Assembly (NCBI GenBank): GCA_011773515.1
Contig: WVXK01000062.1
Span: 164,928-228,927, forward strand
Direction of reading: 5' to 3'
Length of the DNA: 64,000 nucleotides
DNA from: Deltaproteobacteria bacterium
Lineage (GTDB): Bacteria; Desulfobacterota; Deferrimicrobia; J040
Each line of letters starts with the position of its first letter. The first letter of the stretch is position 1. Made by a program: the position numbers and the translations under genes. Below the pieces are notes generated by a model. The model made no database searches, had not been told where the DNA came from, and was given only the letters and a program-made list of their open reading frames with translations. Positions 38,198-46,913 of the stretch are shown piece by piece.

Positions 38198-38832
38198 AAA
38201 AAAGCGTCGTCACCGTGAACAAGGACAATAGCCTCATCGAGGCGAAGGGCAAGATGGTGAGGCACGGGGTAAACCAGCTGCCGGTAATGGACGGAGATAC
38301 AATCGTTGGCATCATATCCAAGAGAGACATTGACTCCGCTACGATGCCCCTTATCCTCCTCGGAGAAATGGAGGAGGGAAAAATCAGGGAAATCCTCGAG
38401 ACAACGAAGGTAACGAAGCTGATGACGAAAAATCCCATCGTGGCGAACGTGAACGATACCCTCGAGGACGCCGTCATCCTCATCCACGACCACAGGATAG
38501 GCTCACTCCCCGTCCTGACCGACGAGGGGAAGCTCGCCGGTATCATATCGAAAACGGACGTTCTCGACGCCTTCATCGAGGCTCTCGGGGTAAACGAGGT
38601 AAGCCAGCGCCTGGAAGTTGTGGTCGATGACAAAGCGGGAACGCTGGCTGAAGTGATAAACATCATAAAACGATTCAAAACAAACCTGATAAGCCTCATC
38701 ACAACACCTCACCCTCTGCGCGGAAAGAGAATAGTCTACCTGAGGGTGGCGAGTTTGAACGTACTGCCCATAAAGAAAGCCCTCGAGGAAAAAGGTATCG
38801 AAATTCTCGATCCCAGGAATCCTCCCGGATGA
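38176..38832 (+). CDS. CBS-pair plus ACT domain protein (AcuB-like)
   Basis: Two CBS motifs plus a C-terminal ACT-like region. Paralog of 22464-23102. Overlaps the HDAC gene. Confidence 0.7.
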   Translation: MFVRRRMKKSVVTVNKDNSLIEAKGKMVRHGVNQLPVMDGDTIVGIISKRDIDSATMPLILLGEMEEGKIREILETTKVTKLMTKNPIVANVNDTLEDAVILIHDHRIGSLPVLTDEGKLAGIISKTDVLDAFIEALGVNEVSQRLEVVVDDKAGTLAEVINIIKRFKTNLISLITTPHPLRGKRIVYLRVASLNVLPIKKALEEKGIEILDPRNPPG

Positions 38833-39593
38833 TGATGGACCTTGCTCTGTTCTTTGCCGGTTTCGTCGCAGGTACCTTCGGCGCCCTCCTGGGTATTGGC
38901 GGCGGTGTGATCGTCGTGCCGGTCCTGGTCCTTTTCGCCAAGGTACCGATAAGAATTGCCATCGGCACGAGCTTCATAGCCGTGCTGGCAACATCCCTCT
39001 CTGCAGCATCGTCTTACCTGAAAAAGGGGTTGTGCGACATCGAAACGGGGATACGGCTCGAAACGGCAACAGTCACGGGGGCGGCAATAGGCGCTTATCT
39101 TGCCGGTACCGTAAACCCCCGGGTCCTCCAGACCGCATTCGCCGTAATACTCGTGTATGTTTCCTTTACCATGCTGAGAAAAAAAGGGGCGGTGGGAAAG
39201 CAGTCAGCATTTAAAAGCGGCCTTTCCCGGAACCGGGGCCGTGTGGCAGACGCGGTCTCGTTCTTTGCAGGGATACTTTCCGGATCGCTGGGTGTCGGCG
39301 GCGGCCTCATCAAGGTCCCCCTTCTTCACCGTCTCCTCAATTTCCCCATGGCAGAGGCAATCGCGACGAGCAGTTACATGATCGGGATAACCGTGGCAAC
39401 GAGCACCCTTGTATTCACCTTCAGGGGCGATGTCGACCCCTATATCGCAGCCCCCCTCGTGGTGGGAATATTTCTGGGGGCAAGCCAGGGGGCACGTATC
39501 ATGCAGAAAATTCCGGAAAAAGTGCTGAGAGTGTCATTTTCACTGCTTCTCCTCTATTTTTCCGCCAGGTTCCTGATCATGGGAGTGGGGTGA
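38829..39593 (+). CDS. TauE/SafE-family sulfite/anion exporter (DUF81)
   Basis: Internal duplication with GGGxxxVP motifs in both halves; 254-aa polytopic protein. Confidence 0.75.
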   Translation: MMMDLALFFAGFVAGTFGALLGIGGGVIVVPVLVLFAKVPIRIAIGTSFIAVLATSLSAASSYLKKGLCDIETGIRLETATVTGAAIGAYLAGTVNPRVLQTAFAVILVYVSFTMLRKKGAVGKQSAFKSGLSRNRGRVADAVSFFAGILSGSLGVGGGLIKVPLLHRLLNFPMAEAIATSSYMIGITVATSTLVFTFRGDVDPYIAAPLVVGIFLGASQGARIMQKIPEKVLRVSFSLLLLYFSARFLIMGVG

Positions 39594-39594
39594 C

Positions 39595-39885
39595 ATGGAA
39601 GAGAAAATAGGCAGGAAGCTTGCTTTTTTATTCAGAGTTGCCCTCTACCTTTCCATCGCTGCGATGATTGCCGGAAAGATCATCCACAGGTTCCAGTCCC
39701 GGTTCGGGGATGTGGCCGTCAATGCGGGAGTCTACCTGATCATACTCTGCCCGCTCATCGGCCTGCTCACCGTCATGTTCGACAGCTACCGGTCAGGGAA
39801 GCGTAAACTGTTCCTTCTCAGCCTCGCCGTTTCATCCCTGATCCTTCTCCTCATGACGGTCTTCCTCGCGGCGGGGAGAACCTAA
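39595..39885 (+). CDS. Small membrane protein (hypothetical)
   Basis: 96 aa with three hydrophobic helices. Starts 2 nt after the TauE stop. Confidence 0.4.
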   Translation: MEEKIGRKLAFLFRVALYLSIAAMIAGKIIHRFQSRFGDVAVNAGVYLIILCPLIGLLTVMFDSYRSGKRKLFLLSLAVSSLILLLMTVFLAAGRT

Positions 39886-41246
39886 CCCCGGGATGCCAGG
39901 ATTCCCCTCGCGGCGAGTATGCCGTTTAGCGCAGCGCCGACAATTCCCCTCGACTTACCCACACCGTCTCCGGCAACGTAAAGTCCCTCAACCGAGGTCT
40001 GCATGTCCCTCCCCGTCACATACTTCGTGTCATAATACTTTATCTCGGGGACATAGATGAGCGCCGAGGGATGGAGCACTCCGGGGAGGACTTTGCCGAG
40101 GAGGCCCAGGCTCTCCCTCAGGTTGTCGACGATGCGTCCCGGGTAGGCAAAAGAAACATCACCGGGGGTGACATATCTGCCCGGGGGCAGTGTGGGCTCC
40201 AGTTTGTCATACCCCTTGTCCCGGGAGTAAAATGTCTCCTTCTTCGAGCGGGAGCCGCCGAGCAGGTCACCCAGCCTCTGTACGATTGCGCTCCTCGAGC
40301 CCCCCCAGAAATTGGCAAACTCGGCAATTTTGATACCCATGAGCTTCGTGTCCTGCACCGGCTCGGTCATGGTGACCGTATTGAGGATCGCAAAGTTCGT
40401 GTTCTTGGTCTTCTTTTTCTTCAAGGCGTCCCCGTTGACGAGGACGTAGTCCTGATTTTTCTCGATCCTTACCCTCCCGAAGGGATTGGTGCAGAAGGTT
40501 CTCGTCATGTCCCGGTGCGTGGGTGTAACGAAGTGAAATTTGGGGTCGTAGAGAACCGACGTTATCTCCTCCATCACCGAAGCCGATACCTCGATACGGC
40601 ACCCGATATCGATAGGGCCAAACTGCATTTCCGTTCCCAGAGCTCTGGCCACCTCCCTGAACCAGTAGGCACCCTCCCTGCCGGGTGCCGCCACCACCAT
40701 GGGCGAGTAGTATCTCTCTCCCTCCGTTTCTACAACGAAGCTCGCATCCCGGCGCACCGACCTGACCATCTCCCCCATCGCAAACACAACCCCGCCAGCC
40801 ATGATTTTTTTCACCAGGTTCTCTATCACGAGACAGGTCATATCGGTACCCATGTGCCTCTGGCGGGCCGGCACGAGGCTGACATCGAACCTGCCATCCT
40901 CGTATTGGTGCTGCACCCAGGAGACCTTCTCGAGCCACCACTCGATCTTCATCTCATCGACGCCATAGAGCGTGGGGTCTGCACCGCAATCGAGAAATAC
41001 CGAATCGATGTAATCGATTATCTCCTGCGCCCCGGAATGGTCGAGTGTGAGCTCATCGAGGTCCATGCCGATCAAGGGGGTCAAGTTGAGCTTACCGTCT
41101 GTGAGCGTCCCCGCACCCCCTGCCCTTTTCTTCCCGTCCAGAACGAGAACGTTCAGCTTCCCCGACAGTTCGAGGGCAGCAAAGAGACCGGCAGGACCGG
41201 CACCAATAATGATCACATCATAGAGGTTCGACTCTTTTTCCGCCAA
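39882..41246 (-). CDS. Uncharacterised FAD-dependent dehydrogenase (COG2509-like)
   Basis: DVIIIGAGPAGLFAA dinucleotide-binding motif, 454 aa, C-terminal GDGVG...GIVGA FAD ribityl motif. Confidence 0.7.
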   Translation of the reverse strand: MAEKESNLYDVIIIGAGPAGLFAALELSGKLNVLVLDGKKRAGGAGTLTDGKLNLTPLIGMDLDELTLDHSGAQEIIDYIDSVFLDCGADPTLYGVDEMKIEWWLEKVSWVQHQYEDGRFDVSLVPARQRHMGTDMTCLVIENLVKKIMAGGVVFAMGEMVRSVRRDASFVVETEGERYYSPMVVAAPGREGAYWFREVARALGTEMQFGPIDIGCRIEVSASVMEEITSVLYDPKFHFVTPTHRDMTRTFCTNPFGRVRIEKNQDYVLVNGDALKKKKTKNTNFAILNTVTMTEPVQDTKLMGIKIAEFANFWGGSRSAIVQRLGDLLGGSRSKKETFYSRDKGYDKLEPTLPPGRYVTPGDVSFAYPGRIVDNLRESLGLLGKVLPGVLHPSALIYVPEIKYYDTKYVTGRDMQTSVEGLYVAGDGVGKSRGIVGAALNGILAARGILASRG

Positions 41247-42258
41247 CCCTGACCTCCAGTCCGCCGGAAATGGAAAAAGGAATGGGGATGAATCCGGCTT
41301 TTTCTGCGAGCTCTGATGCCCTCCGGCGATAGCCGGGGCTTTTGAGGATTCCGAACATGGTTCCTCCCCCGCCCGCTCCGCAGAGCCTCGCCGAGAAGAT
41401 CACTTTTTTCACCTCTCTACTGCGCGTAAATTTTTCGAAAACCCCAACGGTTACATTCGGCGAAAGGCTTTTCCGCACCTGCCATTCATCGTCGATTATC
41501 TTGCCAAGCCTCGCAGGGTCCCTGTCGGCGATGGCAACCGAGGCATACTCCGCAAGTGAAAGAAGCCGTACAAACTTTTCCTCTCCCCCCCTTCCCCCAT
41601 CGAGCAGTTTTTTCACAAGAAGCCAGTTTTCATTGGCACTCACGTGGGAAACGCCCGTGAAGGCCAAAAACCCGTATTCCTCCAGGAACCGGCATTCCGC
41701 CTTGTCTTTCTTGATATTTACCAGCTGGGTCTTTCCCGGGGAAAATCTGATTACGTTCAGCCCGCCGTAAACTGCCGGCACATAATCCTGTTTTCCCGTC
41801 ATCATTTTTATCAGAGAAGACTCTATCTCAGATGCCACGAGAAACAGGTTCTTCAGTGGGACGAGATTGTTCGAAAAAAACCCGGTCGCGGTGAGAAGCG
41901 CAACGATAAGAGATGACGAAGCGCCAAGCCCCGATCCCAGGGGAGCCTCCGAATCGAAGGTAAGGACAAAGTTTCCAAACGGGGGAAAATACTCGAATAC
42001 ATGTTTGATAACCGAGAGGCGCCCCTTGTTTTCGAGGGAATGGGTATTCTCGAACTCCCGTTTTTCTCCCTTGCCGAAGTTGATCTGGATCCCCTCCTCC
42101 ACCCTTTTTTTCAAGGTTACCCGGGAAAACATATTGATCGCGAAGTTCACCGTGAGGGATGACCCGATTACGTTATAGATCGGATATACGTCGAGGGTTC
42201 CCCCCGCGATGTCAACCCTGACGGGGGCCTTGACCGTAATAGTGGAGGCGCCTGCCAT
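41218..42258 (-). CDS. GHMP-family sugar kinase
   Basis: GHMP motif APLGSGLGASSSL and C-terminal GAGGGG. Overlaps the downstream FAD dehydrogenase by 29 nt. Confidence 0.7.
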   Translation of the reverse strand: MAGASTITVKAPVRVDIAGGTLDVYPIYNVIGSSLTVNFAINMFSRVTLKKRVEEGIQINFGKGEKREFENTHSLENKGRLSVIKHVFEYFPPFGNFVLTFDSEAPLGSGLGASSSLIVALLTATGFFSNNLVPLKNLFLVASEIESSLIKMMTGKQDYVPAVYGGLNVIRFSPGKTQLVNIKKDKAECRFLEEYGFLAFTGVSHVSANENWLLVKKLLDGGRGGEEKFVRLLSLAEYASVAIADRDPARLGKIIDDEWQVRKSLSPNVTVGVFEKFTRSREVKKVIFSARLCGAGGGGTMFGILKSPGYRRRASELAEKAGFIPIPFSISGGLEVRVGGKRVEPL

Positions 42259-42413
42259 AGTATCCTTTTACCACTGAAGCGATGTGCCTTGCAATTCCAA
42301 CTCTTCAGGTTCAAAGAGGTTTTCTGCATGGAAAGAGATAAGTCCTTGCGAAAGAAAAGGGGGATACATACAATCGATATAAGACGTAAAAAAACGGGAA
42401 AGGAGGGGATGAG

Positions 42414-43118
42414 ATGGCAAAGGCAAAAGTAAAGTGGCTCGGTCATTCCGGATTTAAGATAACCTCTCCAAAAGGCAAGGTGATATTCATCGACCCCTGG
42501 TTCGAGGGAAACCCCCAGGCGAAAGAAGACAAAACGGCTCTCGGGAGGGGGGATTTTTTGCTCGTCACCCACGACCACTTCGACCACGCAGGTGACGCCC
42601 TCTCAGTGGCAAAAGGCACGGGGGCCCTCGTGATAAGCATTTTCGAAATAGCCGTCGACCTGAAACAGAAGGGCGTTCCCGAATCCCAGATCCTGCACGG
42701 CGGAAACGGCATGAACATTGGTGGGACCGTGAGCATTGACGGCATTTCATTCACGATGGTTCAGGCCTTCCATTCCAGCACCCTCGGGGCACCCGTCGGC
42801 TTCGTGATAAAGCTCGAAGATGGGTTCACCATATATCACGCCGGCGACACGGGCCTGTTCTCGGAGATGGGGCTAATCGGGGAGCTGTATGGCGTGGACC
42901 TCGCCATCCTGCCCGTGGGTTCCGTATTCACCATGGACGGGCTGCAGGCAGCAAAAGCACTGAGCCTGATCAAGCCCAGGATTGCGATACCGATGCACTT
43001 CGGCACATTCCCCATTCTGGATCAGACGGCGGAGAGCTTCGTGGAAAAGGCCGCCCTCATGTCTCCCGACGTGAAAATAGAAGTCCTCGCTCCCGGGGAA
43101 GAAAAAGAGTTCTCATAG
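42414..43118 (+). CDS. Metal-dependent hydrolase, metallo-beta-lactamase fold (UPF0173-like)
   Basis: THDHFDHAGD motif (HxHxDH) and AAGGAGG RBS. Confidence 0.8.
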   Translation: MAKAKVKWLGHSGFKITSPKGKVIFIDPWFEGNPQAKEDKTALGRGDFLLVTHDHFDHAGDALSVAKGTGALVISIFEIAVDLKQKGVPESQILHGGNGMNIGGTVSIDGISFTMVQAFHSSTLGAPVGFVIKLEDGFTIYHAGDTGLFSEMGLIGELYGVDLAILPVGSVFTMDGLQAAKALSLIKPRIAIPMHFGTFPILDQTAESFVEKAALMSPDVKIEVLAPGEEKEFS

Positions 43119-43248
43119 ATGTGCAGGGACTTTTCGTTTTGGCATAAGGCACAGCCAGCGACACCGCGCCTCTGCCTTCAATTCCCTATTATGAGCAAGC
43201 TCGCCGGCAACGGGCGTGACTGCTTAAAAACCGGGAATGGAAAACGAT

Positions 43249-43500
43249 TCACTGGATTACCCTGTTGAAGGCCCCCTTTATCGCCCGTCTGAAGCGAGGC
43301 AGGTATACCAGGTCGAAAACGTAACCTTTTCCGGGAAAGAGATTTTCAGATATTTCTCTCAGACGGGTGATCATTCTCTGGGCGTCCTCCAGAGAGACAT
43401 CTCCCGACATGATCAGCCAGAGATTGAGGTCGACGAGAATCCGCAAATAGCGTATCTTCCTGTTTTCCTCCCTGACTTTCATCTCATCATGCTTGGTCAT
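43249..43500 (-). CDS. Small hypothetical protein (83 aa)
   Basis: Charged, protein-like composition with no recognised domain. Confidence 0.35.
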   Translation of the reverse strand: MTKHDEMKVREENRKIRYLRILVDLNLWLIMSGDVSLEDAQRMITRLREISENLFPGKGYVFDLVYLPRFRRAIKGAFNRVIQ

Positions 43501-43546
43501 AGAGAAAACCTTTTGACCCGTTTCTCCTTATTTCGGGACACCTGCG

Positions 43547-44329
43547 TTACCCGGAGAAAGCGAAGGTGAAGAGGGTGAGCGCGAGAAGGTAATACCCGAA
43601 AAAGTGCATCTTCATTCTCATGACCACTTTTTTCAGTATAGCAAGAGACAGGTAGCTCGAAAAGAAAGCTGCCGCAAAACCAAGGAACATGGCCGGAACG
43701 GGAAAAGTCGTAAAAAACTTTCCCTGGGCAACGTGCAGACCCACCGCGCTTGCAATCGCCGGGATCGACAGGATAAAGGAAAATGTGAAGGATGATCGTT
43801 GATTTACCCCCAATATAATGCCCGTCATGATCGTCGACCCCGAGCGGGAAAGGCCGGGAATGACCGAGAGTCCCTGCATCGTCCCGATTAGGAGGGCTCT
43901 CAGGCCCGTAACCTCCCCTGCCGGGTTGTGAGGGAGAAAAGATGGCACGACGAGGATGAGTGCGGTGGCAAAGAAGCCAGCCCTGACCACGTTCAAGGAG
44001 GCAAAGATAGATTCGTAATTGTGGGCCGTGGCAAACCCGATCAGGAGGGTGGGAATCGTAGCTACGAGTATGTAGGACAGATAGGTCAATCCGCTCTTTT
44101 CCCTCCTCGCTCCCGACCCGATTATTTCAGAAAGCTCATTCCTGAAGAAGCAGACCGTGGCTGCCATGGTTGCGAGGTGAAGTAGGACATCGAAAAAGAG
44201 CTCCGGCTCCTTTAGCCCTAAGAGTCGCTGGAAAAGGACGAGGTGCCCCGAGCTGGAAACGGGCAGAAACTCGGTCACCCCCTGCAGTAAGCCGAGGAAT
44301 ATGGCGTATAAAATTTTCTGGGAGAGCAA
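43547..44329 (-). CDS. uppP: Undecaprenyl-diphosphate phosphatase
   Basis: GLLQGVTEFLPVSSSGHL N-terminal motif and GLSRSGSTI second motif; 8-TM protein. Confidence 0.9.
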   Translation of the reverse strand: MLSQKILYAIFLGLLQGVTEFLPVSSSGHLVLFQRLLGLKEPELFFDVLLHLATMAATVCFFRNELSEIIGSGARREKSGLTYLSYILVATIPTLLIGFATAHNYESIFASLNVVRAGFFATALILVVPSFLPHNPAGEVTGLRALLIGTMQGLSVIPGLSRSGSTIMTGIILGVNQRSSFTFSFILSIPAIASAVGLHVAQGKFFTTFPVPAMFLGFAAAFFSSYLSLAILKKVVMRMKMHFFGYYLLALTLFTFAFSG

Positions 44330-44335
44330 AGCTTT

Positions 44336-45703
44336 CTAGTCCCGAGCCTTTCTTGCTTCCATGGCCGCCTTCACCGCCTTCAAAACAGTGGACCTTATTT
44401 TCTCAACCTCCGCCTCACTTACCCCCTCGTATCTCAGCACCAGCACGGGTTGTGTATTCGAGGCCCGAACAAGTCCCCAGCCGCCGTCAAACAGCGCCCG
44501 CACTCCGTCTATGGTGATCACTTCCTTCGCTTCGGGCGAGAGCAGCTTCCTTACCTCGTCAACCACGGCAAACTTATCCTCATCGGGACACTCCATCCTT
44601 ATCTCGGGAGTTGAGAAGAGATCGGGGAGATCTGAGAGGAGATATGAAAGGGGGTCTTTTGCCTTCGACAATATTTCGAAGAGCCGCGCCGAAGCGTAGA
44701 TCGCATCATCGAACCCGTAATACCGGTCCTTGAAAAATATGTGCCCGCTCATCTCCCCTGCCAGTTCAGCCCCCACATCTTTCATCTTGTTCTTTATCAG
44801 GGAATGGCCGGTCTTGAACATCACGGGATTCCCGCCATGTTTGCGGATGTCGTCGAAGAGGTTCTGGGATGCCTTGACCTCGGAAATAATCGTTGCGCCC
44901 GGTTTTCTCGTGAGCAGCTCACGGGAGAATATGACGAGGAGATAATCCCCGAATATGACATTCCCCCTCTCATCCACCACGCCGATCCGGTCTGCATCCC
45001 CGTCGTAACCGACGCCTACGTCGGCTCCCGTCTCTTTGACCTTTTCGATGAGCTTTTCCAGATTCTCCGGCACCGTGGGATCGGGAAAGTGATTGGGGAA
45101 GTTTCCGTCAGGTTCCTCGAAAAGAGGAATGACGTCGACGCCGATCTCCCTGAAAAGGGAGGGGGCCACGAGGCCTGCAGTTCCATTCCCGCAGTCGACA
45201 ACGGCCCTCACCTTCCCCTCGATCTTCACGTTATCCTTTATTTTCTCGATATAGAGGGGAATCACGTCCTCATTCCTGAGGGACCCCTCGCCATCCATGA
45301 ACTCGGCCCGTTCTATTACCTCCCTCACTTCCTGAATCATCTCCCCGTAGATCGCCGTGGTCCCGACGCATAGTTTGAAACCGTTGTACTCGGGGGGGTT
45401 GTGGCTGCCGGTAATCATGACGCCACCGTCGGTCTGAAGCTCTACTATCGAAAAGTACAAAAGAGGGGTCGGCACCACCCCGATATCCACGACATCCAGG
45501 CCCGAGGAGGTAAGACCCCGTATCATCGCTTCGCGAAAATCAGGGGATGACAGGCGCACATCCCTTCCAAGGGAGAGTTTTTTCACCCCTTTCCGCGAAC
45601 AGTACGCGGCAAAACCCCTGGCTATCTTAAAGACGCTTTCTGCCTCGAGGTCCTTTCCAACGACTCCCCGGATGTCATATTCCCTAAAAATTGTTCTCTC
45701 CAT
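44336..45703 (-). CDS. Phosphomannomutase/phosphoglucomutase-family enzyme
   Basis: IFREYDIRG N-terminus and GSHNPPEYNGFK active-site Ser loop; 455 aa. Confidence 0.85.
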   Translation of the reverse strand: MERTIFREYDIRGVVGKDLEAESVFKIARGFAAYCSRKGVKKLSLGRDVRLSSPDFREAMIRGLTSSGLDVVDIGVVPTPLLYFSIVELQTDGGVMITGSHNPPEYNGFKLCVGTTAIYGEMIQEVREVIERAEFMDGEGSLRNEDVIPLYIEKIKDNVKIEGKVRAVVDCGNGTAGLVAPSLFREIGVDVIPLFEEPDGNFPNHFPDPTVPENLEKLIEKVKETGADVGVGYDGDADRIGVVDERGNVIFGDYLLVIFSRELLTRKPGATIISEVKASQNLFDDIRKHGGNPVMFKTGHSLIKNKMKDVGAELAGEMSGHIFFKDRYYGFDDAIYASARLFEILSKAKDPLSYLLSDLPDLFSTPEIRMECPDEDKFAVVDEVRKLLSPEAKEVITIDGVRALFDGGWGLVRASNTQPVLVLRYEGVSEAEVEKIRSTVLKAVKAAMEARKARD

Positions 45704-46151
45704 GTTCCCAGCCCTCAGACTCCCTGGATAAAGGTTCGTTTCCCCGCAGGTCTTCGGCTATCTCCCGGCAACTTTTGTCCGGTGTGCACCTTCTGCAGCC
45801 TCACTGGCCGCTACCGTCACAACTTTTTTGTTGAACACGCTCGATATAATGCAGTCTCCAGACAGTTCCGAATCAGGCACACACAAAGTTCCCGCCTCTG
45901 CCGCGGCGGTCTCCATCTTCCCTCTGATCAACGGGCCCTTGCATCAAGAGCCCTCTGAAAAAATCCTTGTCTTCGACGATATCGGTGATAACGGACCCTG
46001 TCGACGCCGACACTCTTTTTCGCTCCCCCACTCGTCGGGCATTCTCGCAATTGTAAACTCTTATGCCTTTTATTTGCAATACCCTAACGGGTAATTTTTA
46101 CTTTTTACGCTGCAGAATTGTGAATATTTTTTCTCGCCCTGAAATATATGG

Positions 46152-46160
46152 TGCTATAAT
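46152..46160 (+). promoter_or_regulatory. Extended -10 element TGCTATAAT within an AT-rich island upstream of the XRE-cupin regulator
   Basis: TGCTATAAT at 46152-46160 sits inside an ~180-bp AT-rich tract. The gene start at 46315 follows an AAGGAGG RBS. Confidence 0.3.
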
Positions 46161-46314
46161 AAAGTTAATCTGAATATTTTTCATTTTTATAAATAAATTT
46201 TTTTAGGCAACCGTTCTAACAGTTGGAGTAAACGACATAACGAGCAAACTTTTTACCTCATATAAGATCGGGTAAGTCCGCCGACAGCCTCAATAAAAAA
46301 GGAGGTCAGGAAGT

Positions 46315-46863
46315 ATGAGCATCCAATCCATCGATGTAGGAAAAAGAATCAAGAGCATAAGAAAGCGCAAGGGATTAACCCTACAGGAACTATCGGATAA
46401 GAGTGGTATGAGCGCAACGGCAATAAGCGCAATCGAAAGAAACGTATCTTCCCCGACAGTTTCAACCCTCGTGAACATCGCACGGGCCCTGGGTGAATCG
46501 CTGAGTTCTCTTCTCGGTGAGGAAGAAAAGGAATATATATTCACAAAGAGTGAAAACCGCGAAACGATCGCGACGGAAATCAGGAACGTTGAGTTCAAGA
46601 GCCTCGGAAGTGGGCTGCCGAACCAGAAATTTCATCCCATGATTAGCATATTGCAACCCGGGGCAGGTAGTGGCGCCGATTATGCAAATCACGGCGGGGA
46701 GGATTTCTTCCTCGTTCTTCGGGGGGCAATCGAGATCGATATGGACGGGAAAATCTTCCGCCTCGAAGAGGGGGACAGCATCTACTTCAGGAGTACCATG
46801 CCCCACAGGTGGAAAAATCCAACCGAAGGGGAGACACACCTGCTGATCGTTTCTTCAAGGTAA
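46315..46863 (+). CDS. XRE-family HTH transcriptional regulator with C-terminal cupin domain
   Basis: HTH_3 segment (LTLQELSDKSGMSATAISAIERN) and a cupin-type C-terminus (GEDFFLVLRGAIEI...GDSIYF). Confidence 0.8.
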   Translation: MSIQSIDVGKRIKSIRKRKGLTLQELSDKSGMSATAISAIERNVSSPTVSTLVNIARALGESLSSLLGEEEKEYIFTKSENRETIATEIRNVEFKSLGSGLPNQKFHPMISILQPGAGSGADYANHGGEDFFLVLRGAIEIDMDGKIFRLEEGDSIYFRSTMPHRWKNPTEGETHLLIVSSR

Positions 46864-46869
46864 GTGGAA

Positions 46870-46898
46870 AGAGCCGCAGAATTCTGCGGCTCTTTTCT
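46870..46898 (+). terminator. Rho-independent terminator (10-bp perfect stem around a GAATTC loop, then a T-run)
   Basis: AGAGCCGCAG-aatt-CTGCGGCTCT followed by TTTCT immediately after the XRE-cupin stop. Also lies 3' of the convergent ligase gene. Confidence 0.6.
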
Positions 46899-46913
46899 AC
46901 GGGTTCTATCAGG

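Noticed and set aside
40071-41252. 393-aa plus-strand ORF
   Set aside because: It is antisense to the FAD-dependent dehydrogenase, which has a clear GxGxxG motif.
45828-46094. 88-aa plus-strand ORF in the long intergenic region
   Set aside because: It has no RBS, an odd composition, and overlaps a GC-rich putative promoter region.
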